NCBI GenBank assembly: GCA_965662175.1
Contig: CBFIGT010000001.1
Location: 1-62,889, forward strand
Source: Arcobacter sp.
GTDB lineage: Bacteria; Campylobacterota; Campylobacteria; Campylobacterales; Arcobacteraceae
Direction: 5' to 3'
Length of the DNA stretch: 62,889 nucleotides
Shown here piece by piece: positions 50,043 through 60,035 of the stretch; the first letter of the stretch is position 1, and each line of letters opens with the position of its first letter. The notes under the pieces are model-generated. The model was not told where the DNA came from. It saw only the letters and a list, made by a program, of their open reading frames with translations, and did no database searches. The position numbers and the translations under genes are program-made.

Positions 50043-50065
50043 AAAGAGGTTTTAATCCTCTTTTT
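50041..50065. terminator. Bidirectional terminator
   Basis: AAAAAGAGG-TTTTAAT-CCTCTTTTT between convergent genes. Confidence 0.75.
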
Positions 50066-50074
50066 ATTTTTGTA

Positions 50075-51562
50075 TTAGAATCTGTATCTAACGTTTGCTG
50101 TGATATTTTGAGCTTCTTTAACTGCTCCTGTTACAGAGTCAATGTCATTAGGTGCACCCATGTCACCAAAGAAACCGTTGCTTCCTGTGTAGTCATAATC
50201 AATTTTTGTATATCTTAAAGTCCAACTTAAAGCATTATTGATTTTAGAATTTCTATATATTTCCCAAGCTGTACCACGAGCTGCAACTTTACTTCCAACC
50301 ATAGTATCTTCACCATAAGTGAAACTTCTCCAATATTTAGAACCTTTATTCCACTCAACACCAATTCTAGACTCTTCAGGGTCAATTGGACAAGGAGCAT
50401 TAACACCTAACCATACAGATGTACCAGTTTGAGATTCAGTTGAACCTAACATTCCTAAAGAATTTGGGTGTGTTTTTGACATAGCAAATGATGCGAATGC
50501 TATGGTGTTATCTAAATAATCAGAAATTTCATTTCCTATACCATCAGCTTTAAATACAATATTTGCTAATTCAAAGTCTCCAAAATCTGAAAAGTCAGTG
50601 TTTGAAGTTGCAGTACTTTTTAGTCCAATTAAATTCCATGCTTTTGCATAGTTTGTATGAACTGAGTATTGTCCATTATCGTATGGTACAAAAATAAATC
50701 CAGCCATATCAACATTTGAAGTTGTTGTTGAGTCAGTATAATCATATCCATCTGAGTCAAATCTTAATCTAGAGTTTGTTAAACCTCTACCTGCACAAAA
50801 TTTAAACCACATACCCTCAACACCTGTTAATTTATCTAGTGTAAATTTTGCACTTGCTCCATCGAATTCCACATTTACAGTGTGTGATAATGGTGATTTT
50901 CTTTGCTGGTCTGCTCTTAAATTTATACCTAAACCATCTGTTGATGGTCTTCTACCAACTGAAACTGTCCATGGTAAATTTTTATTTCCCATAAACTCAT
51001 CATCCATATATAACCAATAAACTTCTTTAACATTTAAAGAGTTATCATTCCCTGCTGCTTCATTTGTAATCCAGTCAAATTGTGAGTTTCCAACTGTAGA
51101 TACATTTTCTCCAAATAATTTGTTGTAAGATAAAACACCTTTAAAAATAGTATTGTCATTTGGCTGAAATCCCATTCCTAACCATAATCTATTAGATAAT
51201 AAAGCATTGTTTTCTGCTTTTCCACCACCTGATAGTTTATATTGAATATTATCAATTTGTGTTCTAAAGTCCACATCAAACTTGATATTATCGTTTGCAT
51301 CATGAGCTTTTACATCATTGATTTTTGTGTAGTTAGTAGCTACTTTTTTCTCAACAGTTGCTAATCTTTTTTCTGTTTCAGGTGGTAGTTGTAAAACAGT
51401 TGGTTCTTTTTGTGCAGCTTCATTTACTTTTGATTCAAGTAGTGCTATTTGAGCTTTTAAAGCTTCAATTTGCATTTGTAAATCATCGTGTGATAGTTTT
51501 GCGCCGAAACTTGAGGTGCTTAAAGCAGCTACAAGTGAAAGGGCAATAGTTGTCTTTTTCAT
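50075..51562 (-). CDS. Outer-membrane beta-barrel with N-terminal coiled coil (DUF3373-like porin)
   Basis: Signal peptide, heptad LQMQIEALKAQIALLE, alternating beta strands, SVGRRPSTDG, C-terminal VRYRF. Confidence 0.8.
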   Translation of the reverse strand: MKKTTIALSLVAALSTSSFGAKLSHDDLQMQIEALKAQIALLESKVNEAAQKEPTVLQLPPETEKRLATVEKKVATNYTKINDVKAHDANDNIKFDVDFRTQIDNIQYKLSGGGKAENNALLSNRLWLGMGFQPNDNTIFKGVLSYNKLFGENVSTVGNSQFDWITNEAAGNDNSLNVKEVYWLYMDDEFMGNKNLPWTVSVGRRPSTDGLGINLRADQQRKSPLSHTVNVEFDGASAKFTLDKLTGVEGMWFKFCAGRGLTNSRLRFDSDGYDYTDSTTTSNVDMAGFIFVPYDNGQYSVHTNYAKAWNLIGLKSTATSNTDFSDFGDFELANIVFKADGIGNEISDYLDNTIAFASFAMSKTHPNSLGMLGSTESQTGTSVWLGVNAPCPIDPEESRIGVEWNKGSKYWRSFTYGEDTMVGSKVAARGTAWEIYRNSKINNALSWTLRYTKIDYDYTGSNGFFGDMGAPNDIDSVTGAVKEAQNITANVRYRF

Positions 51563-51698
51563 TAAAGTATCCTTATTTTTTTAAACTAAAAATTAGTTTA
51601 TTATAAAATTAAGTTTGTTAATAAGCTCTTAAATATTGATATAAAAGTATAAAAATTTATTATAATTTGAGTTTGAAGTTGAGTCTAATAAGCTCTAT

Positions 51699-51723
51699 AA
51701 AAGGGTAGAAGTCTACCCTTTTT
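51699..51723 (-). terminator. Terminator after the 3-Cys paralog
   Basis: AAAAGGGTAG-AAGT-CTACCCTTTT inverted repeat. Confidence 0.75.
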
Positions 51724-51729
51724 TGATAA

Positions 51730-52056
51730 TTAACAAGATGGAACATTTCCTGAATCACTTGCATACTCATATGAAAAATCATAAATATGAGGAATCCAAG
51801 AATCTTTTAAACTATCTAAGTCAGCTTTTGGACAAATTTTTCCAATCTCTGCTTTGAAGTTTCCAGCGTCATTAATCTTTGCCCATTCATCTTGTGTATG
51901 CTTAGAAGCAAACTTAGCACCTGTCATTCCACAATCATTTTTTAACTTTTTAGAAAAAAGTTTTTGTCCCTTAACAACGTCCGCACTTGCAGTTGTTGTA
52001 GCAACACCTAATACTAAAGCTGAAGCTAAAGCAATTTTTAGTAATTTATTCATCAT
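51730..52056 (-). CDS. Small exported 3-Cys protein, paralog of 44833-45153
   Basis: Signal peptide ASA-D; CGMTGAKFASKHTQDEW, CPK, YASDSGNVPSC; AAGGAG RBS, TGATATAAT at 52089-52081. Confidence 0.85.
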   Translation of the reverse strand: MMNKLLKIALASALVLGVATTTASADVVKGQKLFSKKLKNDCGMTGAKFASKHTQDEWAKINDAGNFKAEIGKICPKADLDSLKDSWIPHIYDFSYEYASDSGNVPSC

Positions 52057-52189
52057 ACATCTCCTTGATTATTTGGTACAATTATATCAACAATAGATAA
52101 AAAGTTGTTAAAATTTTAAAAGAAATTTGTGTAAAAATCGTGAAATAATTATAATTAAAACTTATAATATATAAAAAAATAGGAAATAA

Positions 52190-53518
52190 ATGAAATATTA
52201 TGCTTTAAAAGAGATAATCAACTATTTAAGAAAAAGTTGCAAAAATGTAAAATTTATAAAAAGAGTTGAGAACAATACTATATTAATAGAGTTTAATGAT
52301 AAAAATTTAATCTATTTTGATATGGCAAAGGGTGATAGTCTTATTTATAAAAAAGAGGAAAAAAGTAGTGCAACAAAAGATTTTACAGCACCCTTTGATA
52401 CTATTTTACAAAGAAGATTTATAAATGCAAATATAGTAAATATAACAATGCACAATGATGACAAAATCATTAGGTTTTATGTTAAGTCAAAATCATCTTA
52501 TAAAGAGTTAACAACAATTTTACAGTTAGAATTTACAGGAAAACATACAAACATAGTAATACTAGATGAAAATGAGTTTATTTTAGAAGCTTTAAGACAT
52601 ATTGATGAGTTTTCTTCAAGTAGAGTTGTTAAAGTTGGTATTAAATTAACAGAAATCCCAAAACAGAGTTTTATTCCTAAAATAGAGGAAATAGAGGATA
52701 TCGAAGATTTTTTATATAAAAATTATATGAAAAAAGAGAGTTTATTACTTAATAATTTAAAAAAACAAAAAATCACACAAATTGATAAAAATCAAAAAAA
52801 GTTAATTAAGCTTTTGAAAAATCTTCCTTTAAAAGAGGAGCTTGAAAATGAATCTAAGCTTTTATATGAAAGAGCAAACCTTTTGTTAGCTAATTTGTAT
52901 GTAATAAAACCTTATCAAAAAAGTGTAAAATTATATGATTATAGTGGAGATGAAATAGAGATTGATTTGAGTTTATGTAGTTCACCATCAGCTTACGCAA
53001 ATGAATTATTTAAAAAAGCTAAAAAACTTAAACAAAAAAGTCAATATATATCAATAGAAAAAGAGAATTTAGAACAAAAAATAGAGTTCTTAAAACGAAT
53101 GATTTTTAATATAAATCTTGCAAAAAATATAGATGAAGTAGAGTTTCTAATGCCCAAAAAACAGAAAAACCAAACAAAAACAAAAAAACAAGAACCTTAT
53201 GAAAGCTTCTTTTTTGATGGTTATAGAATATTATTAGGTACTGATGAGAAATCAAATATCTATTTACTTCAAAATAGTAAAGCTAGTGATTTTTGGTTTC
53301 ATATGCAAAGTACAAACTCATCCCATGTAATAGTGCAAAATACAAAAAAAACTCTTCCTATTGATGTGATTTATAAAGCAGCTGAACTTTGTGTTAAGTT
53401 CTCTACTGATTTTGCTGGAAAATATTTAGTTGATTTTACGCAAAGAAGAAATGTAAAAGTTCAAAATGGGGCAAATGTTTTATATAATCCCTATGATACA
53501 ATTGATGTACATATTTAA
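52190..53518 (+). CDS. rqcH: NFACT family protein (RqcH/FbpA)
   Basis: NDDKII, LEFTGKHTNIVILD, coiled coil, NFACT-R motifs DFWFH..SSHV, VDFTQRRNVK. Confidence 0.82.
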   Translation: MKYYALKEIINYLRKSCKNVKFIKRVENNTILIEFNDKNLIYFDMAKGDSLIYKKEEKSSATKDFTAPFDTILQRRFINANIVNITMHNDDKIIRFYVKSKSSYKELTTILQLEFTGKHTNIVILDENEFILEALRHIDEFSSSRVVKVGIKLTEIPKQSFIPKIEEIEDIEDFLYKNYMKKESLLLNNLKKQKITQIDKNQKKLIKLLKNLPLKEELENESKLLYERANLLLANLYVIKPYQKSVKLYDYSGDEIEIDLSLCSSPSAYANELFKKAKKLKQKSQYISIEKENLEQKIEFLKRMIFNINLAKNIDEVEFLMPKKQKNQTKTKKQEPYESFFFDGYRILLGTDEKSNIYLLQNSKASDFWFHMQSTNSSHVIVQNTKKTLPIDVIYKAAELCVKFSTDFAGKYLVDFTQRRNVKVQNGANVLYNPYDTIDVHI

Positions 53519-53527
53519 AGGAGCATT

Positions 53528-54112
53528 TTGAAACATATTTTATTTATAGTTTTATCAATATTTTTATTCTCTTCATGCTCTTTAAAAAACTTTACTAAAT
53601 CAGAGTTTACAAATAAAATAGAACTAAAAAAAGAGAGTAAAAAAGATATATTTATAAAATATAGTAATCAAACAAATGCTGATGTAAGAGTTTATGATAA
53701 GTTAAAAAGAGCATTAAAAAGAAAAAACTATAAAGTTGTAGATGATTTAAATAGTGCAAACTATTTACTTGATTTAAATTTGATATTTGCAAATGAAATA
53801 GGCAAAAAAAGTACAACAAAAAATATTTTATCAAATGTAAACTTGGGTGTTTCAATAGGACATGTATTTGGAAATGTGGGAGTTAGTGGAAATATTGGAA
53901 CCAAAATAGGCACAATATTAGGAGATAGTCTTGATAGTAGCTCATATCAGCTTATTTTTGATGTTACTATTAAAGAGTATGGGCTTAATAAAGAGTTTAA
54001 AGAGAATTACACTCAAATAATAGCTGAAACAATAATTGATGAAAAACCACTTCAATATACTATTGATTTATTAGAAGAGGAAGTGGTAAAAAAAATAGTT
54101 GAACTATTTTAA
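53528..54112 (+). CDS. Lipoprotein, TraT-like
   Basis: Lipobox FSSC; YKVVDDLNSANYLL; Gly-rich insert; YQLIFDVTIKE. Confidence 0.65.
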   Translation: MKHILFIVLSIFLFSSCSLKNFTKSEFTNKIELKKESKKDIFIKYSNQTNADVRVYDKLKRALKRKNYKVVDDLNSANYLLDLNLIFANEIGKKSTTKNILSNVNLGVSIGHVFGNVGVSGNIGTKIGTILGDSLDSSSYQLIFDVTIKEYGLNKEFKENYTQIIAETIIDEKPLQYTIDLLEEEVVKKIVELF

Positions 54113-54176
54113 AAAAATCTATTTACAAAATACAAAGAGATTTTTAGATAAAATTTAAAAAAATCAAAGGTTTGTT

Positions 54177-54935
54177 ATGCGTGAGTTAATATCTTCAAGT
54201 TCTACTAGAATAAAAACTGCACTTGTACTTTTTGCTATATTTGCAATAGTTAGTTATATTGATACTATGATTGTCACTTGGATTTTCTTAGGTTTATTTA
54301 TGATTGTTGGTGTTCATGAAGCTATGAAACTCTTTAAAGTAGAAGATTCATCTGTTTATCAATATGCTCTTATTACTTGGATTATTGCATATTTTTATCC
54401 AAGACCTGAAGTTTTGGTATTAGTAGCTCTTGTTATATTTGGCTCAGTTTTAGCATATAAAAGAGATATTGATAAGAAGATATTTATGCCTTTACTTTAT
54501 CCTTTAGCTTCATTTTTAGCACTATTGGCACTTTATAATGAGTATGGAATTATGGTATTTTGGTGGATGATGTTTATTGTAGCATCTGCTGATATTGGAG
54601 CTTATTATGTGGGTAGAGCTATTGGTAAAACAAAGTTTTGTAAAACAAGTCCAAATAAAACCTTAGAGGGAGTTGCAGGTGGAATAATAGCTGCTGCTTT
54701 ATTGGGACCTTTATTTGCTATTCCTGAGTTAAACTATTTTGGTGCCTTAGTTATTTCACTTGTTGTTGCAGTTGCTTCAATATTTGGTGATTTATTTGAA
54801 AGCTACTTAAAAAGAGAGGCTGATGTAAAAGATAGTGGTGATATTTTACCTGGTCATGGTGGAGTTTTAGATAGAACAGATGGATTTTTATTTGCTTCAA
54901 TTATTATGTTAGTTTTACTAAGAGCCGTAGTTTGA
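54177..54935 (+). CDS. cdsA: Phosphatidate cytidylyltransferase
   Basis: SPNKTLEG, GDLFESYLKREADVKDSGDILPGHGGVLDRTD. Confidence 0.96.
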   Translation: MRELISSSSTRIKTALVLFAIFAIVSYIDTMIVTWIFLGLFMIVGVHEAMKLFKVEDSSVYQYALITWIIAYFYPRPEVLVLVALVIFGSVLAYKRDIDKKIFMPLLYPLASFLALLALYNEYGIMVFWWMMFIVASADIGAYYVGRAIGKTKFCKTSPNKTLEGVAGGIIAAALLGPLFAIPELNYFGALVISLVVAVASIFGDLFESYLKREADVKDSGDILPGHGGVLDRTDGFLFASIIMLVLLRAVV

Positions 54936-55999
54936 TAGTTTTAGGAAGTACAGGTTCTATTGGGGTTAATACTCTAAACATAGCTAGAAAATTTAGCTTA
55001 AATGTTGAGGTTTTAGTAGCTGGTAGGTCTATTGATTTATTAAATGAGCAAATAAAAGAGTTTAATCCAAAAAAAGTTGTAATTGCTTCAAAAGATGATA
55101 TATCAAAAGTAAATCATACAAATGTAAGTTATGGTGAAGAGGCTATTTTAAATGCTATTGAAGAGTCAAGCTCTAAAACAGTTGTAAACTCTTTAGTTGG
55201 ATTTTTAGGTTTAAAACCAACTTTAAAAGCAATAGAGTGCGGAAAAAAAGTAGCCTTAGCAAATAAAGAGTCTTTGGTGGTTGCAGGGGCTTTTATAGAT
55301 CAAAAAAATCTTATGCCAATTGATAGTGAGCATTTTGGATTATGGTATTTATTGCAAGATAAAAAAATTGATTCTATGATAGTAACTGCAAGTGGTGGTT
55401 CATTTAGGGATTATCCACTTGATAGTTTAAAAAATGTATCAATAAAAGAGGCTTTAAATCATCCAAATTGGTCAATGGGAAATAAAATCACAATAGATAG
55501 TGCAACTATGACAAATAAACTTTTTGAACTTCTTGAAGCAAAATGGCTTTTTGATACTACAAAATTAGATGCCATAATTGAGACAAAATCCCTTATTCAT
55601 GCCATGATAAACTTTAGTGATGGAAGTACAACAGCACATATAGCAAATGCTTCTATGCAACTTCCTATTGCTTATGCGATTTTAGGAAAAGTTGATGAGC
55701 CTATTTTAAAACATATTGATTTACTTGAAGTTGGAAGTTTAGAGTTTAAGAAAATAGAGGAACAAAGATATCCAATTTGGGGTATAAAAGATGAGGTTTT
55801 AAAAAATCCAAATCTTGGTGTTGTTGTAAATGCTGCAAATGAAGTTGCTGTTGCTAAATTTTTAAATGGAGAAATTGGATTTTTGGATGTTTCAAGAATT
55901 ACTTTAGATGCTGTAAACCATTTTCATAATATGAATCCAAAAAGTTTAGAAGAGATATTTGCATGTGATAGTGAAGTGAGGGCTTATAGTGAGTCTTGA
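54932..55999 (+). CDS. dxr: 1-deoxy-D-xylulose-5-phosphate reductoisomerase
   Basis: LGSTGSIG, LANKESLV, PIDSEH, HPNWSMGNKITIDSATM. Confidence 0.97.
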   Translation: MIVLGSTGSIGVNTLNIARKFSLNVEVLVAGRSIDLLNEQIKEFNPKKVVIASKDDISKVNHTNVSYGEEAILNAIEESSSKTVVNSLVGFLGLKPTLKAIECGKKVALANKESLVVAGAFIDQKNLMPIDSEHFGLWYLLQDKKIDSMIVTASGGSFRDYPLDSLKNVSIKEALNHPNWSMGNKITIDSATMTNKLFELLEAKWLFDTTKLDAIIETKSLIHAMINFSDGSTTAHIANASMQLPIAYAILGKVDEPILKHIDLLEVGSLEFKKIEEQRYPIWGIKDEVLKNPNLGVVVNAANEVAVAKFLNGEIGFLDVSRITLDAVNHFHNMNPKSLEEIFACDSEVRAYSES

Positions 56000-56273
56000 T
56001 TTATTGATTCCTTTTGGGATACTTTTAGCACTGGTTATTTATCAAATTAGTAGTAGAACTAGTTTTGAAAAAAATCTTATAAAAGATTATGAAGATAAAT
56101 TTGAAAACTGGAAAAAACATGCAACTCCACCTACAAAAGAGGAAGTTGAAGCTAAAAGAGAGCTTGTTGGACTTGTATTTAAAAAAAATGGTAAAATAGA
56201 TATTGAACTTTTTGATGAGTTTAGTAATGATAAAGTTCAAAGAGGAAAATTTAATTCAAAGATAAGAGAATGA
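55989..56273 (+). CDS. Hypothetical protein with N-terminal TM
   Basis: GTG start overlapping dxr end; overlaps the next gene (ATGA). Confidence 0.7.
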   Translation: MSLDLLIPFGILLALVIYQISSRTSFEKNLIKDYEDKFENWKKHATPPTKEEVEAKRELVGLVFKKNGKIDIELFDEFSNDKVQRGKFNSKIRE

Positions 56274-56701
56274 AATATTTTATAGTTTTATTAACACTAA
56301 TTTCTTTTTTAAATGCAAACTCTTTCCAAAGAGATAATAATAGAAATGTAGTAATAGATAATAGTCATAATTTGATGTGGATGGATAATAAAGAGAGTGT
56401 AGATTTATATTTAGACCATGAAGAGGCTGAAGAGTATTGTCAAAAATCTACTTATTTAGGTTTTTCAAATTGGCGCTTGGCTGATATTGAGGAGTTTGAA
56501 TATATAGTTGATAAAAATAATTATCCAACAAATATAAATAAAACATTTAAATATATTATAAATACAGGATATTGGGCAAAAGATGCCCACTGGAGAACTT
56601 TATGGTTTTATGCTGATTATATGCACTTTGTAAGTGGAACTCCATATTTTGATAGCAGACATAAAAAGAAATTAGTTAGATGTGTAAGAGATACAAAATA
56701 A
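56270..56701 (+). CDS. Exported DUF1566 (Lcl C-terminal) domain protein
   Basis: V.D....LMW, A..YC, WRL...E, YW, VRCVR. Confidence 0.85.
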   Translation: MKYFIVLLTLISFLNANSFQRDNNRNVVIDNSHNLMWMDNKESVDLYLDHEEAEEYCQKSTYLGFSNWRLADIEEFEYIVDKNNYPTNINKTFKYIINTGYWAKDAHWRTLWFYADYMHFVSGTPYFDSRHKKKLVRCVRDTK

Positions 56702-56713
56702 AGGAAGAGAGTT

Positions 56714-57271
56714 TTGAGTAAAAGAGTTTTAATTCTTCATGGTTTAGGAGGAAGTGATTTTCCCCATTGGCAAGCCAATTTAGCAAGTGATTTAATAAAA
56801 GAGAATTATGTGGTTTCATTTCCTGCTTTTCCAAATCGTGATAATCCAGATTTAAATGAATGGAAAGAGTTTTTAAAAAAAGAGATTGAACATTTTAAAC
56901 CTGAGATTGTGGTTTGTCACTCTTTGGCAAATGTATTATGGTTTCATACATGTGATGAGTTAGATATAAAACTTGATAAACTTATGTTAGTAGCTCCTGT
57001 TAGTAGAACAAGAGTAGTAAAAGAGGCTCAAAGTTTTTATCCATATCCTATTGCAAAAGATTTAAAATCAAATGAAATTATAATGGCAGCTTCTACAAAT
57101 GACCCCTATATGAGTTTAGAAGAAGCAATTGAACTTCAATCAAAACTAAATATTGGTATGAAAATCATGGAAGATGCAGGTCATATAAATGCAGCTTCTG
57201 GTTTTGGAAAACTTGATTGTGCCCTTGATTGGATAAAAAGAGTTGAAGAGTGTGAGGAGAATAGAACTTGA
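56714..57271 (+). CDS. RBBP9/YdeN-family alpha/beta hydrolase
   Basis: [32 protein letters not shown]. Confidence 0.9.
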   Translation: MSKRVLILHGLGGSDFPHWQANLASDLIKENYVVSFPAFPNRDNPDLNEWKEFLKKEIEHFKPEIVVCHSLANVLWFHTCDELDIKLDKLMLVAPVSRTRVVKEAQSFYPYPIAKDLKSNEIIMAASTNDPYMSLEEAIELQSKLNIGMKIMEDAGHINAASGFGKLDCALDWIKRVEECEENRT

Positions 57272-58257
57272 TATTATCAATTGAATCATCATGTGATGAT
57301 AGCTCTATAGCAATAACTGAAATAGAAACAAAAAAATTAATCTATCATAAAAAAATATCTCAAGAACTACAACATAGTGTTTATGGTGGAGTGGTACCTG
57401 AATTGGCAGCAAGACTTCATGTGGAAGCCTTGCCCAAAATACTTGAAGAGTGTAAAGATTTTTTTCCAAAACTTAAAGCAATAGCTGTAACTAACGCACC
57501 TGGACTTAGTGTAACTTTGATGGAGGGTGTAACGATGGCAAAGGCTTTAGCCCTCTCTTTAGATATTCCACTAATTGCTGTAAATCATTTAAAAGGTCAT
57601 ATTTATTCACTCTTTATAGAAAAAGAGAGTAGATTACCAGCTACTATACTTTTAGTTTCAGGTGGTCATACTCAGATTATTGAGGCAAACTCTTTAAATA
57701 GTATGGAGATAATCGCTAGTACTATGGATGATAGCTTTGGTGAGAGTTTTGATAAAGTGGCAAAAATGTTAGATTTAGGGTATCCAGGTGGACCTGTTAT
57801 TCAAGAAATGTCTTTAAAAGGAGATAATCAAAGATTTGAATTCCCAATACCCCTTAGACAAAGTCCAAAAATAGAGTTTTCATACTCAGGGCTTAAAAAT
57901 GCTGTTAGAGTTGAGATTGAGAAGCAAGGTGAAATAAATGATGAAACTAAAGCTGATATTTGCGCCTCTTTTCAAAAAACAGCAGTTGCACATATTATGC
58001 AAAAGTTAAAAAAACTATTTAAACAAAAAGCTCCAAAAGTTTTTGCTATTGTTGGTGGGGCTAGTGCAAATATTTATCTTAGAGAAGAGATTGAGAGTTT
58101 ATGCAAAAACTATAATTGTGAACTACTTTTAAGTGAATTAAAATATTGTAGTGATAATGCAGCCATGATAGGAAGAGTTGCTGTTGAACAATATAAGATA
58201 AATGATTTTGTTGATATTAATGAACTTGAGGTTAAATCAAGAGTAAAGGTATTTTAA
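57268..58257 (+). CDS. tsaD: tRNA N6-adenosine threonylcarbamoyltransferase
   Basis: [37 protein letters not shown]. Confidence 0.97.
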   Translation: MILSIESSCDDSSIAITEIETKKLIYHKKISQELQHSVYGGVVPELAARLHVEALPKILEECKDFFPKLKAIAVTNAPGLSVTLMEGVTMAKALALSLDIPLIAVNHLKGHIYSLFIEKESRLPATILLVSGGHTQIIEANSLNSMEIIASTMDDSFGESFDKVAKMLDLGYPGGPVIQEMSLKGDNQRFEFPIPLRQSPKIEFSYSGLKNAVRVEIEKQGEINDETKADICASFQKTAVAHIMQKLKKLFKQKAPKVFAIVGGASANIYLREEIESLCKNYNCELLLSELKYCSDNAAMIGRVAVEQYKINDFVDINELEVKSRVKVF

Positions 58258-58258
58258 T

Positions 58259-58588
58259 ATGATTTTTGAAATGGGTGCAAAACTTGACGGAGACTCTTTT
58301 GATACAAAAAAAGAGGATAAAAAGAAAAAAACTTCTTCTACTAAACTAGAGCCAAAAAATGCTCATCAGCTTGTATTTACTTATGAAAAAAGAAAAGGAA
58401 AACCTGTAACTTTGGTGGGAAGATTTTACATAAGTGAGAGTGAAAAAAAAGAGCTTTTAAAACTCTTGAAGAAAAAACTTGCTTGTGGCGGAGCTATAAA
58501 AGAGGAGTGGATTGAGCTTCAAGGGGATGTAAAACAAAAAGTTATTGATGTTTTATCCAATGATGGCTGGAAGTTCAAAACTAAATAA
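58259..58588 (+). CDS. SUI1/YciH-family translation initiation factor
   Basis: KRKGKPVTLV, LKKKLACGGAIK..IELQGD. Confidence 0.88.
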   Translation: MIFEMGAKLDGDSFDTKKEDKKKKTSSTKLEPKNAHQLVFTYEKRKGKPVTLVGRFYISESEKKELLKLLKKKLACGGAIKEEWIELQGDVKQKVIDVLSNDGWKFKTK

Positions 58589-58706
58589 TCATAAGTAAAA
58601 CTTATGAAAAATATAATAATTATCTTATATTAATATGGTTACAATCTCTTTATTATAAGATTATATCTCTTGAAATATAATCTTAACTTATAATAAAGGA
58701 AATCAA

Positions 58707-59069
58707 ATGAGAATTGTATTCCCAACAGATCAAAATCTAGGTTATATTAGTAAACGTGGTGCTCACTTCGGAAAAGCAAAATTTTATACAGTTATTACAT
58801 TAAAAGATAAAAAAATTTTTGATGTGGAAGTTTATGAAAATCCAGGACACAAAGGTGCTTGTGGTGGAGCAATAGCTAATATTATGAATTTAAAGCCAGA
58901 TGCATTAGTTGTAAGTGGCATTGGAACAAGTCCTGCAAAGGGTTTTTTTAATGAAGGTTTAGATTTATATTTTGATAAAGAGAGTCCAAAAGTTGAAGAC
59001 TCTATTGAAATGTTTATTTTAGGTAAATTAAAAAAATTAGAAAATATGGGGACTTGCTCTAGTCACTAG
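58707..59069 (+). CDS. NifB/NifX-family (FeMo-co binding-like) domain protein
   Basis: MRIVFPT, AHFGKAKFY, ENP, GIG motifs. Confidence 0.82.
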   Translation: MRIVFPTDQNLGYISKRGAHFGKAKFYTVITLKDKKIFDVEVYENPGHKGACGGAIANIMNLKPDALVVSGIGTSPAKGFFNEGLDLYFDKESPKVEDSIEMFILGKLKKLENMGTCSSH

Positions 59070-59081
59070 AAAGATTATATT

Positions 59082-59516
59082 TTGAAAGAAAAGATTAATT
59101 TTAAATCCGCTTTTAAAAAAGCACTTATTGGTTTTTTAACTATGTCACCAATGCTATTTGCAATAATTTTATTGCTTGGTATTTTTGATGTTTATATTAC
59201 TAATGATATGCTAAGTTCACTTTTTGTATCAAATGATTTTATTGACACTATAATAGGAACATCTTTAGGGGCTGTTTTGACAGGCAATCCTATGGTAAGT
59301 TATATATTAGGTGGAGAGTTAAGGGATGCTGGTGTTTCTATTTTAGCTGTTACTGCTTTTATTTTATCTTGGGTTACACTAGGTCTTGTTCAACTTCCTG
59401 CTGAACTTGAGATTTTTGGATTAAGATTTACTTTTTATAGAACACTGCTTACATTTATTATAAATATCATAGTCTCTTTTGCAACTGTATTTACTACAAA
59501 TTGGCTTTTACAATGA
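59082..59516 (+). CDS. Predicted permease half (DUF318/ArsP-like)
   Basis: 4 TM; GNPMVSYILGGEL..GV, LPAE...G.RF...R. Confidence 0.75.
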   Translation: MKEKINFKSAFKKALIGFLTMSPMLFAIILLLGIFDVYITNDMLSSLFVSNDFIDTIIGTSLGAVLTGNPMVSYILGGELRDAGVSILAVTAFILSWVTLGLVQLPAELEIFGLRFTFYRTLLTFIINIIVSFATVFTTNWLLQ

Positions 59517-60022
59517 GCGATAAAAGTAGTAATACAATAAAGTTCAAAGGGACTAAATTTCTTTTTTTTGTTATAATTGTTTATATTATAATTTTTTTAT
59601 TTGATAATCAAAATATTAGTTTATCTTTGATAAAAAGTTATGAAGTTTTATTAAAGCTTTTACCTATATTTTTTGTGATTATTATTATCACTACTTTGAT
59701 TAACTATTTTTTAAGTCCAAAATCCATAATGAAACATTTTGGTAAAGATAGTGGAATCAAAGCTTGGTTTTTTGCCATAATAGGCGGTATTATTAGTCAT
59801 GGTCCAATGTATGCTTGGTATCCTATGCTAAGTGAAATGAGAAAAAATGGTTTAAAAGATGGATTACTTGCTACATTTATGTATACAAGGTCTATAAAAA
59901 TACCATTTATTCCAATAATGATAGATTATTTTGGAATACTCTTTTCTATTCTTCTTTTTATTTATATAATTTTAGGAGGAGTTTTACAAGGTGTTATAAT
60001 AGAAGCTTTAAAGAAAAAATAG
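59513..60022 (+). CDS. Predicted permease half (DUF318/ArsP-like); start at ATGA overlap 59513
   Basis: Multi-TM; FGKDSGIK, GIISHGPMYAWYPML..M..NG. Confidence 0.75.
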   Translation: MSDKSSNTIKFKGTKFLFFVIIVYIIIFLFDNQNISLSLIKSYEVLLKLLPIFFVIIIITTLINYFLSPKSIMKHFGKDSGIKAWFFAIIGGIISHGPMYAWYPMLSEMRKNGLKDGLLATFMYTRSIKIPFIPIMIDYFGILFSILLFIYIILGGVLQGVIIEALKKK

Positions 60023-60035
60023 CTTAGGAGTTTTT

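Noticed and set aside
58707-59069. NifX-like gene and nifJ as evidence for nitrogen fixation
   Set aside because: Both families are widespread in non-diazotrophs; no nifHDK in the window
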